A stretch of 64,000 nt of DNA from Oopsacas minuta (Eukaryota > Animalia > Porifera): assembly GCA_024704765.1 (NCBI GenBank), contig JAKMXF010000019.1:27517-91516 (forward strand), written 5' to 3'. This document shows positions 12,225-35,646 of the stretch, one piece after another (the stretch's first letter is position 1; every line of letters begins with the position of its first letter). A program made the translations under genes and the position numbers. The notes below the pieces were generated by a model, which worked only from the letters and a program-made list of their open reading frames with translations, was not told where the DNA came from and searched no databases.

Positions 12225-12661
12225 ATTATTTGGGTGTTTAAATCTTTCTAAAATATCAGTTAACAGCTGTAATTATTCCTAAATATTATCAATTGTCAAG
12301 TAGAGATCCCAGGGTTTTTGAACCGTGACGAATGGCCCCTTCAAGTCCTGACTCAAATCCTTGTGATTATTATTTATAGGGAAGGCTAGAGACACTAGTA
12401 AACAATAGATTCCACAACAACAGTATTCCAGCAGTAAAACGATCGTTAAAGTGAATTAGATCAGGATGAGGTCGCTCGGGCATGCAAATGTTTTCTCTCC
12501 AGACTTATAGATTGTCTGAAGGCCGGAAGGAATAGATTTGAAAACAAGTAGAGCCAATATATTTTCGTATATGATAGTTAGACATAATAGCATTTTCTTA
12601 ACAAAATATGAGTCTAGAATTACATTGAAATTTTGTTGCAGAACTTTTGAGGCATCCTGTA
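12225..12661 (+). mobile_element. 3' fragment of a Tc1/mariner (DD37D/maT-like) transposon, decayed
   Basis: Near-identical to 14895-15341 but with indels and stops; ends ttttgaggcatcctgta. Confidence 0.75.
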
Positions 12662-13116
12662 CTTTGCTTGTCTAGTAAAATGTATGTCTTACTTGCTTAT
12701 AATTGTTTGGTATGTATTTAGTCGGTAAGATTAACAAATTTGTAATAATTCAATTGATTTGTTACTGAATTCAGTATTCATCACACCTCTTACTCTTAAA
12801 CTGTTACAATATATTCACTAATCTGGCTCATTCGTATTTTGGATCATTCCAGCTCCTACAGCCCAATCTTAAATATGGAATATCCAATTTCTTAACGACA
12901 CAATTCGATGTGTCTGTTATACGAACATTCTATGTACTGTCTGACGATGTCCGTATACTCAGCATCCAGTGTATTAGTATTAGTATATCAGCTGTTAATT
13001 AGTAATTAGCAGAACAAGATTCTTGTTTGTAACTGATAGCTATAGTATGTACATGTTATATATATTAAGAATTAAGCTAATCATTCCTACTCAGTATTTG
13101 ATTTGTATATTGTATA

Positions 13117-14647
13117 ATGGCAGAGAAGATAACAGACTCAGAAGGGAGAGAGGACTTGGTCTACATAAAGACAGAGGATGGTAGCTACAGAGGATGGAGG
13201 GTTGATTTGTTGATAGACCCCTTATCAAGCAAAATGGAAGAGAAATTCTTGTTATGTAGCAGTTGTAAAGGAATGTTGAGAGATGCTTGTTTCTATGAAG
13301 AAGGATTGAGGTGTGGTGTGTGCATTCCTGAGGGTGTAGCATGGCAACCAGTGAAGATGAATCGTGAAATAGTCTCCGATAAAATGGTAGTTTATTTGTT
13401 GTTATTTACAAGTGTTTGTTTGTGTTTACAGATGAATTATTTATTTGTAGATTAGTTGTCCCCTAAGGAAGAGAGGATGTGAATGGAGTGACACAGTGAG
13501 TACAGCAATACACCACCTGGAAGAATGTGAGTTCTTTCCTGTACTGTGTCCTCTGGGGTGTGTCTGTCTGGAAGGAGAGATGAAGGGGAAAGTTATGAAG
13601 CTGGAGAAGAGACGGATTCCAGAACATCAGAGAGACTCATGTCCCTTAAGAGAACTGGTGTGTGAATTCTGTCTGAATAAAGTGAAGGCCTGTGAGATGA
13701 ATCCTCATTTGGAAGTCTGTGAGCACTTTCCAGTTCCTTGTCCTAATAGATGTGTGATAGAAGGAGAGGAAGGGACCAGACAAGTTAAGAGAAGAGATGT
13801 TCCTGCCCATCTATCTAATGAATGTCCTCTACAAAAAGAAGAGTGTCCTTATTGGGTCTATGGGTGTAGAGAGGAAATAGAGAGGAAAGAGATGGATCTT
13901 CATGAAAGAGAATTCATGCATATTCACTACAGATTATCAATGACTGATATCAAACTGAAACAAATTGAATCATCCAAAGATCATAAACTTCTCGAAGACA
14001 AACTTGATACAGCAACCGAGAGAATAGCATTCGTAGAAAATGAAAATTTAATTTTGACCAAAAAGCTATCAAAAGTTAAACACATAGAAGAGAACCTGGA
14101 TACAGCAAATACCAAAATCGTGAATTTAGAGAAACAAATTTCTGGGAAGGATTCAGAACTGAAATCAATGAAAGAAGTCCTCTATTCTTATACACTTTTA
14201 CCTACAGGACAATTGGAATGGAAGATTGAAGGTGTTAAACAGAAGATAGAAAACAAAGAGTATACTTACAGTGATCCATTCTATGTAGGATTATACAAGT
14301 GTCAGGGGAATATTCAATGGAATTATGTTAATACAGGTAAAGTAGGTGTTTTCATTTATATTATGAAAGGAGGTTATGATGATAAACTACACTGGCCTAT
14401 CAGATACAAATATACGTTTATTCTACTCAATCACATTAACAGTAATAATAATTATGAATACACTAATCAAGTAACTAAGGAAGATTTGGAGAAATATCCT
14501 GAATGCTTCAAGAGACCTACTCAGATGGGCAATAGAAGTTTTGGAATTGCTTCATTCATTTCAAACACTGAAATATTAGAAGCTAAATATTGTAAAGAAG
14601 ACAGCATAACTCTTCTAATTAAAATAGAATTGTTACCATTTTTCTGA
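13117..14647 (+). CDS. TRAF-like protein, copy 3 (intact, 488 aa); exons 13117-13386 and 13451-14647
   Basis: Same architecture; intermediate coiled-coil length; ends LLPFF. Confidence 0.92.
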
Positions 14648-14894
14648 CTTTATTTGTATTTTATAGATTGTATTGTTATGAATAATTATTTACTAACAAC
14701 TTTTAGCTTTTGTATGATAATAGACTAGGAGATGGAGCTGTTATAATGTGATATATCCTCTGTTGATGTTTCATTGCCAAACGAAATCAGTTTCCAATAG
14801 GTGTTAGAATACGCATGAATCACTACATAACTTGTACATCCAATTAATCAATACTTGGAATATATCAGTCAGGACTGAGATTAATTAACCGAAT

Positions 14895-15341
14895 TATTTG
14901 GGTGTTTAACACCTTTCTAAAATATCAGTTAACAGCTGTGATTATTCCTAAATATGATCAATTGTCAAGTAAAGATCCCAGGGTTTTCAACCGTGACGAA
15001 TGGCCCCCTTCAAGTCCTGACTCAAACCCTTGTGATTATTATTTGTGGGGAAGGCTAGAGACACTAGTAAACAATAGATTCCACATCAACAGTATTCCAG
15101 CAATAAAACGAGCGTTAAAGAAGGCTTGGTGTGAATTAGATCAGGATGAGGTCGCTAGGGCCTGCAAATGTTTTCTCTGCAGACTTATAGATTGTCTGAA
15201 GGCCGGAGGGAATAGATATGAAAACAAGTAGAGCCAAAATCTTTTCGTATATGATAGTTAGACATAATAGCATTTTCTTAACAAAATATTAGTCTAGAGT
15301 TACATAAGAATTTTGTTGCATTACTTTTGAGGCATCCTGTA
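14895..15341 (+). mobile_element. 3' fragment of a Tc1/mariner (DD37D/maT-like) transposase plus right end
   Basis: ORF 14902-15231 contains WPPSSPDSNPCDYYLW, matching the third catalytic-Asp motif (SPDLNPxDY), and C-terminal KAW..L; terminal ttttgaggcatcctgta. Confidence 0.82.
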
Positions 15342-15666
15342 CTTTGCTTGTCTAGTAAAATGTATGTCTGAGTTGCTTATAATTGTTTTGGTATGTATTT
15401 AGTCGGTAAGATTCACAAGTTTGTAATAATTCAATTGATTTGTTACTGAATTCAGTATTTATCAAACCTCTTACTCTTAAACTGTTACAATATATTCACT
15501 AATCTGGCTCATTCGTATTTTGGATCATTCCAGCTCCTACAGCCCAATCTTAAATATGGAATATCCAATTTCTTAACGACACAATTCGATTTGTCTGTTA
15601 TACGAACATTCTATGGAATGTCTGATGATGTCCGTATACTCAGCATCCAGTGTATTAGTATTAGTG

Positions 15667-15916
15667 CACTCCCTGGCCAAAAGTATTGGAACACCATACC
15701 ACTAATGACACATGTGGCATATGGAACTTTGTGAAAATATATGCATTGAATAGTCTGTGGATATATCAGAAAAGGCGATTGTAATGATAAAATGAATGAT
15801 AGAATTAAGTTCACAAATGTTTGAAACTATCTTCAGCCTATACAACTAAAGCAAATGCATATTTGTGCCAAGTGTCAATTGTGGCCGAGTGTTCCAATAC
15901 TTTTGGCCAGGGAGTG
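15667..15916. mobile_element. Tc1-like MITE inserted in the upstream region of TRAF copy 4
   Basis: Perfect 28-bp TIR cactccctggccaaaagtattggaacac. The empty site (ttagta/tatcagctg) is visible upstream of copies 1-3. Confidence 0.92.
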
Positions 15917-16049
15917 TATATCAGCTGTTACTTAGTAATTAGCAGAACAAGATTCTTGTTTGTAACTGATAGCTATAGTATGTACATGTTCTATATATTA
16001 AGAATTAAGCTAATCATTCCTACTCAGTATTTGATTTGTATATTGTATA

Positions 16050-17709
16050 ATGGCAGAGAAGATAACAGACTCAGAAGGGAGAGAGGACTTGGTCTACATA
16101 AAGACAGAGGATGGTAGCTACAGGGGATGGAGGGTTGATTTGTTGATAGACAAGTTATCAAGCAAAATGGAAGAGAAATTCTTGTTATGTAGCAGTTGTA
16201 AAGGAATGTTAAGAGATGCTTGTCTCTATGAAGGAAATTTGAGGTGTGGTGTGTGCATTCCTGAGGGTGTAGCATGGCAACCAGTGAAGATGAATCGTGA
16301 AATAGTCTCCGATAAAATGGTAGTTTATTTGTTGTTATTTACAAGTGTTTGTTTGTGTTTACAGATGAATTATTTATTTGTAGATTAGTTGTCCCCTAAG
16401 GAAGAGAGGGTGTGTATGGAGTGACACAGTGAGTAAAGCAATACACCACCTGGAAGAATGTGAGTTCTTTCCTGTACTGTGTCCTCTGGGGTGTGTCTGT
16501 CTGGAAGGAGAGATGAAGGGGAAAGTTATGAAGCTGGAGAAGAGACGGATTGCAGAACATCAGAGAGACTCATGTCCCTTAAGAGAACTGGTGTGTGACT
16601 TCTGTCTGAATAAAGTGAAGGCCTGTGAGATGAATCCTCATTTGGAGGACTGTGAGCACTTTCCAGTTCCTTGTCCTAATGAATGTGTGATAGAAGGAGA
16701 GGAAGGTACCAGACAAGTTAAGAGAAGAGATGTTCCTGCCCATCTATCTAATGAATGTCCTCTACAAAAAGAAGAGTGTCCTTATTGGGTCTATGGGTGT
16801 AGAGAGGAAATAGAGAGGAAAGAGATGGATCTTCATGAAAGAGAATTCATGCACATTCACTACAGATTATCTATGACTGATATGAAACAGAAACAAGATG
16901 AAACATCTGAACTATTGCAAGGCAAACTTGATACAGCAACCGAGAGAATAGCATTCATAGAAAATGAAAATGAAAGTAAGAGCAAAGAGCTATTAACATT
17001 GAAACAGAATCAAATTGAAACGAATGATCAACTGGATAGAGCAACTAAGAAGATTGCTTTCCTACAAAATGAAAATGAAAGTAAGAGCAAAGAGCTATTG
17101 ACATTGAAACAGAATCAAATTGAAACATCTGAAGATAATAGACTACTGGCAGAGAAACTGGAAAAAGCAAATACCAAAATCGTGAATTTAGAGAAACAAA
17201 TTTCTGGGAAGGATTCAGAACTGAAATCAATGAAAGAAGTCCTCTATTCTCATACATCTCTACCTACAGGACAATTGGAATGGAAGATTGAAGGTGTTAA
17301 ACAGAAGATAGAGAACGAAGAGGATACTTACAGTGATCTATTCTATGTAGGATTATACAAGTGTCAAGGGTATATTCAATGGAATTGTTTGGATACAGAT
17401 GAAGTAGGTATTTTCATTTATATTATGAAAGGAGATTATGATGATAAACTACACTGGCCTATCAGATACAAATATACGTTAATTCTACTCAATCACATTA
17501 ACAGTAATAATAATTATGAAATCACTGGTCATGTAACTAAGGAAGGTTTGGAGAAATATCCCGATATCTTCAAGAGACCTACTCAGCTGAGAAATAGAGG
17601 TTTTGGAATTCATTCATCCATTTCAAACACTAAAATATTAAAAGCTAAATATTGTAAAGAAGACAGCATAACTCTTCTAATTAAAATAGAATTGTTACCA
17701 TTTTTCTGA
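16050..17709 (+). CDS. TRAF-like protein, copy 4 (intact, 531 aa); exons 16050-16319 and 16384-17709
   Basis: Same architecture; doubled coiled-coil unit as in copy 2; ends LLPFF. Confidence 0.92.
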
Positions 17710-18628
17710 TCTTATTTGTATTTTTGTTTACTTATTATTCTTATTTATCTTTCACTCAATGTTTATCAGAACAAGAGTTTATTTGTATTTTATAGATTGT
17801 ATTGTTATGAATAACTATTTACTAACAACTTTTAGCTTTTGTATGATAATAGACTAGGAGATGGAGCTGTTATAATGTGACAGTCTCAGCTTACACATAT
17901 TGGGTAAGCCCTCAAATCTGAAGTCGACACATTAGGAAGAGGTGGTCCGATTATCTAGCACACTCAGGGGGGGGTGCAAATGCCCCCTTGGCTTTGTCAC
18001 CTCCTTCCCTCCTAGACCACCACTTGCTGCGAGATGCTTTATTAAAACCACAGATATAATAGACTCAAATATGTAATATGAAAGATCAGTAATTTAATTA
18101 TCCGTAGATAGCACAACAAGCTACATACAGGAGTATATATAGAAATCTTACAAAGTTAATATTAGCTAATGACTACAGAGTGTCTAATAACGTGTGTGTA
18201 AAAGCGCGTGTTACTATAAATGGATAAGATACAGGGATAAATGGGGCATTGCATCTTTATGACGTCACTGGTTTATTGCTTCTTGAATTCTATAAGAAAG
18301 AGAGTTTGGTTAACACAGGGGGCCTAGATAAACCTTTGAAGGGGTCCACGGATGAAAAGGTTGGAAACCGCTGTGTTAATGCATAGCTATGCAGTCGAAT
18401 AGTAGCCGGGGTGATTATTCATATTTTAGCACCCTTGGACTGGGAACATAATATATACATGAATATATTCACCAACTCCCCTAATGTGCTTCTGTAAGGT
18501 GTTATATCCCAGTTTCCATGGTTACCTCGTTGGTATTTAGCTACTATTCGAGAGGCTTTATACGTATGATTAAACATATTTTGACACATTTTTAGGTGTC
18601 AAAATACAGATTTATGATACTAACCTTG

Positions 18629-29909
<11,281 letters not shown>

Positions 29910-31828
29910 CGAAGCTTTGTGGAGAAGTTATCAAATATGAAACCAAAATATAATAGTTCAGAGAGGGGTACTCGGTAAATTGGTTAGCTAATACCCATAT
30001 TTCGGGTCCCTGGGAGAACATTCCCCTCTTGACAGCCCGTAAACATTCACTAAAGGAGTGTATCACGTCCCGGATTAAAGTAATCGACGAATATCACAAT
30101 TCCCCTTCAATGGAGGCATTTTACTATCAGGATAAGACATCCTTGGAAGAATAACGTCGAAAATGTGTGTACAGAATCCCCGTGTTCTTATATCCTGCAT
30201 CTCCTGTAGTTTATACATTAGATGTCGGTTATAAGAACACTAAGTCCAGTTGCCGACGGTGTTCTTATAACCGACATCCACTGAATTCTAACTATAAGCT
30301 CTTTAGCGTAAAATTGCTATTTTGTATAGAAAACCATTTGTAATTATGGAATGTAATAGGCTGGTTATAAACACCTCAAGGTTTAGAGAGAAAGGCATAG
30401 CACAATCTTTCTCATAATTGAGCGGGAAAGTGTCGCGAGGCCGGTATCTATCCATTAGGAAATATAATTAGATCTAGCATATTCGTGTTGAGTTCACAGC
30501 GGGACAATTACTCACAAACTTCCAGAAGAAGCATGACTATATGGGAAATGTTAGGCTTTTGTTCTCTTAAATAAATGAGGGAAACAATTGTATAATTAGC
30601 ATAGGAATGAAGGGAAACAGTTACAATATCTGAGATTCAATAGTCTAGTGCTTTATAAGGCTGTAAGAAGAAGCATACAATAACAACATATAACGAGCTA
30701 GACTAGATATACCACAAGGAAACATGGCGACAATGAGAGTGTCTTTTGTTTATAAACCATGGATATCACAAGTTATTGAGATGTTGAATTTGAGGCTTTA
30801 TGAGTAAATAAGATCCTCAACGAAGCTTAGAGGTTTTTATGCGGAGAATAAAATGAAAATTTGTAGTAGCGTAGTTGCATACATGCAAAACTCTAGAGAT
30901 CAGTAATTCACAACGCATAGGGAGTTATGCATTAAGTTATAATTCAACAAATAGCTTATACAAAGCTCAGCTAATACTGTAGTACAGTTTTTGTGTATTA
31001 GCTTTTCTATCTTCTAGGAAAGGTCATTTTCGGAATAATGAAAAGTCACCTTTCCAAATGAGGGTATGGTGTTTTTGTATTGCAAAAAAACTGTACTATA
31101 CTAGAGCTTAGCTAAGCTATAAGGAATCTCATAATTCAAAGCTCAAGGGGCAACGTAAGAAATGTATGTTTTGACTTTGAGTCAAGAAATTTGACTATAA
31201 GTACATGTACGTACTATTGGAGGGGGTTTTGGTATAAAGTGAGACCTGAGCCTGCGTTGTGCAATCTTTTACCTTATATGATATCATTAGCTGAAGTCTC
31301 CTCCGGAGGACACGAATATACGCTGGAACAACATCCAAGGCAAATTCACACAAGAACTAAAATAGTGTGTTAAGACAAGTGACTGATATACGTTGGAAGT
31401 AGCTAACCATCAATTACTGCAAATATTGTGTCTCAATAACATTGGATTTTATTTATTCAAATGAGATTCCTTTCGTTTCGATTTGAACAAAGAAAACATG
31501 AATAATTGCTTACAATACTAATTCTACTGATAATGTATTTATGTCTACAAGTTATTATCTCATAATTACGATAAATAAACAAATCATTAGCAGTTTAAAT
31601 AAACAAATATATTTCTATATTTATGATTAATACAATCAATAAACACAGCAGAATCTGTTTAATGACAGATTAGACATTTCCCTGAGAGTTTAATTATTTT
31701 GTTATATTATTAATAATACAAATAACAGCTAAGTAATATTTACAGAATTCTTATAATCATAGCAATGCTATGAATGAGCAAATAAGTATACAAACACTAA
31801 ATATCTTTTCAAGTTATATACTATACTT

Positions 31829-34800
31829 TTACAACTGTCCACCCCTCTCGATCTCATCCTTGTACGTCTGAACGAATGACACCACAGCTTTGTTGGGCCT
31901 GAGGTCCTTCTCATCTAGCTCCTTATAGGAGTATGGGTCATAATTCTTACCGGTCCTCAGGTGCTCTAGAATGGCCTCCTTCTCGTATGTCTCCCCATCT
32001 GGGGTAATTACTGGGTCAACGAATAGATCAAGGGTCAAGGGACACACTAGGTGCTTAGGGTAATTAACTTGTACCTCTTGGTCACTCCCTAGTAAGTCAA
32101 TACGTACATCTCTCTTGGTCCTAACACGTGCATTAATATCTGCATGGTCAAATGCCTTTTGAAGGTACATGTCTCTATGACACCTCAGCTCTGTAGCTTT
32201 CACACTATCTAGCGGATCATCAGGCTCCGCATCTATCAGTAATCCGTACACGTGGTTGAAGATATCTCCTATCCTGACACCTGGTGCATAGAACCTATCA
32301 AGAATAGTATGACATATTCTACCAGCACTGTTTATATTACAGTGATATATAGGAGTAATGAATCTTATGTTTGGAGGCTTGGATGGGTAATCATCTTTGA
32401 ATTCTACAAACAGCTCAAAGGTTGCTTCCTTATAAGGAGTGCCATCCGGACCGGACATGATGATCCTCCAGAAGTCTACGCTCTCCTCACAGGGGAACAC
32501 TTCAAATGCTGGATGTGGATGAAGATTGATAGTAGGAGAGCTCTTGGAGAATTCTTTTCGTAAAATCTGTGTTTATATTGCAAGCTAGGTGTTTATTGAT
32601 GAGTGCACGTGCTAAACATTTCTGAGCTGTTTGTACGGGTAAGTTTAATTTATCAGGGAGTATGTGATCCAATTGGGTATCAATAGGTTCTGCTGCCTGA
32701 GCTTCAAGGTTGATATCCTCTCCTGTCACATAAGCAGGTATACAATTAAGACGACTGTTCATTGATAGCATAGGTTCTTCTTCAAATATGTTAAGGAGTT
32801 CTTTCGTGTCTGTTGGTTTGAAGGAGTATCCTCCTGTAGCTTTCGCTATAGCATGGGTATCTACTACTTCTTCACATAGAAGGACACAGTCCATCGTCAC
32901 TTGGCTATCAATTAGCAGCTGAGCAGCCTCATCAGCTGTTACAGTGGAGTTGTTATCATAACCATCTGTTAGACACAAGATCCTCTTTGAAACGTCATGT
33001 AACTCAGGGTGTCGTGACACGAATTTATTCATTCTTTGTACTGCGAAACGTATCGCGTTATAGACAGATGTACTGTTACCAGGCGGGAATGAAGTGAATT
33101 CGCTGTTGAAGGCTCTAAAATTTTCTGATATGGGATATTGTAGTTTAGAATCTGTAGCGAATAAAGTTAATCCAATCACGTGTTTCAGATCGTAAGCAGT
33201 AGTCCTATTGCAAAATGCTTCAAAAGCCTCCACAACAGAATGGAACTTAGCTTTCCCGTCGAGATAAGGGAAGGTCATTGAACCGCTGACATCTAGCACC
33301 ACCATAATGATCTCCACGGGATCTCGGGTGATACCCTCCATCCCATGACTCATAACATTTGTCAAGGTTTTCAACTTCCTGAAACAGACTGGAGGATTTT
33401 CTTTGATCTGTCTATCCATGTCATCAGCGTCGAATAAGATAGATACCCCTGTTGTCACCTGGAAGTATACATGTGGTTTGTTTGGGTCTTTAGATGTGTC
33501 GATGTAAACACCGATATGACCATCATCTGTTGTTATCATTGTTGATTTCCTGCATTGTGGCGCCTTCACATTTAGGGGTGCTTGTACACATAATACGGAG
33601 TACTTGTCGGTTTTCCTTTCAAGGTTTTTCCATTCTCCGGTGAGGTCTATCCCACAGGTAGGAGCAGCTGTACATCTCCAGACAACAGCCTCGTCAGTAA
33701 TAAATGATTTTACCATACGTTTATAGTTGTAGAGATATTGTATCATTGTTAGCTCTGTTGATTCATTAAGTATAGATTTCTCTACGTAATGATCCATCCC
33801 GTTATTATCACGGACCTTTACTGGATCTGTCATACGCTGATGGGTCTCTGAGCAGGTTAGAGGGTATTTGTCGTACTTTTCTGTGTTCTGGTGGCCTGGT
33901 TTCGCGTGGTCTATGAAGTATACCCAAAAATAGTTTGAATATTCCGTTACCTGACTCGTTTCTATGGTTACCGTTCCAGGCATATGCAATTTAGGGGTTT
34001 TAGGTTTGATAACTTTGAAAATTTGTACTAAACATTCCTGTATAGCAACACGATGAGGAAGAGATAGGGCCTCCCTCGTGAAGAGGAGATGGAGGGAATG
34101 AATCAATGGGGGACACCCTGTGATACCCCTGAGGTGTCCTAAGGTGTTAAAAGGTATACCATTCCTGACCTGTTCTTGTTCCACCATCCAATCAGATAGC
34201 GCGTAAAGACAACTGAAGAAGAAAGAGGCCCCGTATGAACTCTGTTCCTTGTACCATGTTGGTTTGCATTCAGAAATATTAAAATTCTTATCTTTTCCCA
34301 AACTCCAAAAGTGTTTATTTGGTCTTATCTCTAGCGCCACTTGGTTACCAATATTTAAGTCACTCAGAACCACATCATTAGAAGAATACACTAGCGTATC
34401 GTCTCGATACAATTGTATCAAATGTCCCGGTATGCCAGTCATGTCCTGTATCCGTTTAATCAGCTGATAATACGTTGCTATGCTACAGTCCGTTTGTATA
34501 CCTCTTGGTTCTAATCCACATTCCTTATTCCTAATTAGAATAGTATCATTCCCTCTACACAATGTATCTGCCTGTGTGTACCTTGCTATCTTATCACTAT
34601 AGCATATTAACCTAGGGATAGCATAGACCATTGGAATGTCTGGGTATTCCTCCAAGCACCAATCAGATAGCTTGCTGATATAAGATATAGGCCTTGTTGC
34701 TAATGGATACCCCTCACATGTGTATAGTTCTACGGTCAAATCGTCCCCTAACTCATTATGCTCCTGCATGCAGATACGGTTAACTAGATCACAGTACAGA

Positions 34801-35469
34801 GTTTGGTTCGTGTTAAGAGGGCCTATAGTTCTCTTATCCGGGGTCTGGGTGGTTAGCAGCATATACTGGATGTCTAATTTCTCCCTACGAGTTTGCATTC
34901 TGTAAGCTTTATCGTTCATTTCACTCAGATCAGGCTCGATCTGGCTTAGACTTGGCGCGAAATTATTTACCTAAAATGGGTTAATTCATAACGTCATAGG
35001 AACAGATTCTAGTATTTTCCTGCAGCATTGTATACCGTGCAAGTTGCCTTGTTGTATACAATAAAATTACATCACGTATGGAGGACTTAATAGATTGAAT
35101 CTTGTCATTTGAGATCCGCTATCAACAGACTATGATTTCCCCTGACTGTTCAGATGTTAACTATCTATTTCAAATATGGATTTGAGACCGCCACTACGTA
35201 TGCGTATAATTTGCAAATATGTTCTTAATAAATATGATACTTAGTTACGCACTCACCTTTCCTCCAAACATTTCAGTGAGCTTTCTAAGGAATCTCTTCG
35301 CCTCCAGCTTTGTCATACAGATATCCTCTGTTAACATATTTAAGTCAAAGTCCACCAGATCGTCCATATTCCTAGTACCGACGAGTTTAAATGTATCCTC
35401 GTATTTTTCTAGCCCCTGAGCCTCAAGGAATTCCTTTAGGCCAACACCTCCTTTAGTATTAGTTGCCAT
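31829..35469 (-). CDS. SAM-Ubl-Ubl-helical-vWA-UBC(E2)-U-box protein A; exons 35257-35469 and 31829-34970; 1-nt frameshift near 32522
   Basis: SAM-like LKEFLEAQGLEKYEDTF..DLVD splices in phase 0 into ORF 32502-34919. Ubl-like LIKRIQDMTGIPGHLIQL; vWA VLDVSGSM..LTDG; E2 GPDGTPY..YPSKPP..YHCNINSAGRIC; U-box CPLTLDLFVDPVITPDGETYEKEAI. Confidence 0.82.
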
Positions 35470-35646
35470 AGAATTGATAGAATAATTACAAATCGATGTA
35501 AATCACATTTAAATAGGATGGCCTAATACCTGGAACTTGATATGACGCTATATTTAGTGTATATGTCCTGTGGGAATACTCACATTACTCATCTCATATC
35601 TTTCTGAATAGTTAATACATTGAAATTAAATGTTATTCCTGCATTC

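Noticed and set aside
32500-32530. Programmed ribosomal frameshift in gene A or B
   Set aside because: No slippery heptamer, antizyme-type UCC-UGA site or evident stimulatory structure; the two genes need different corrections (remove one base vs add one).
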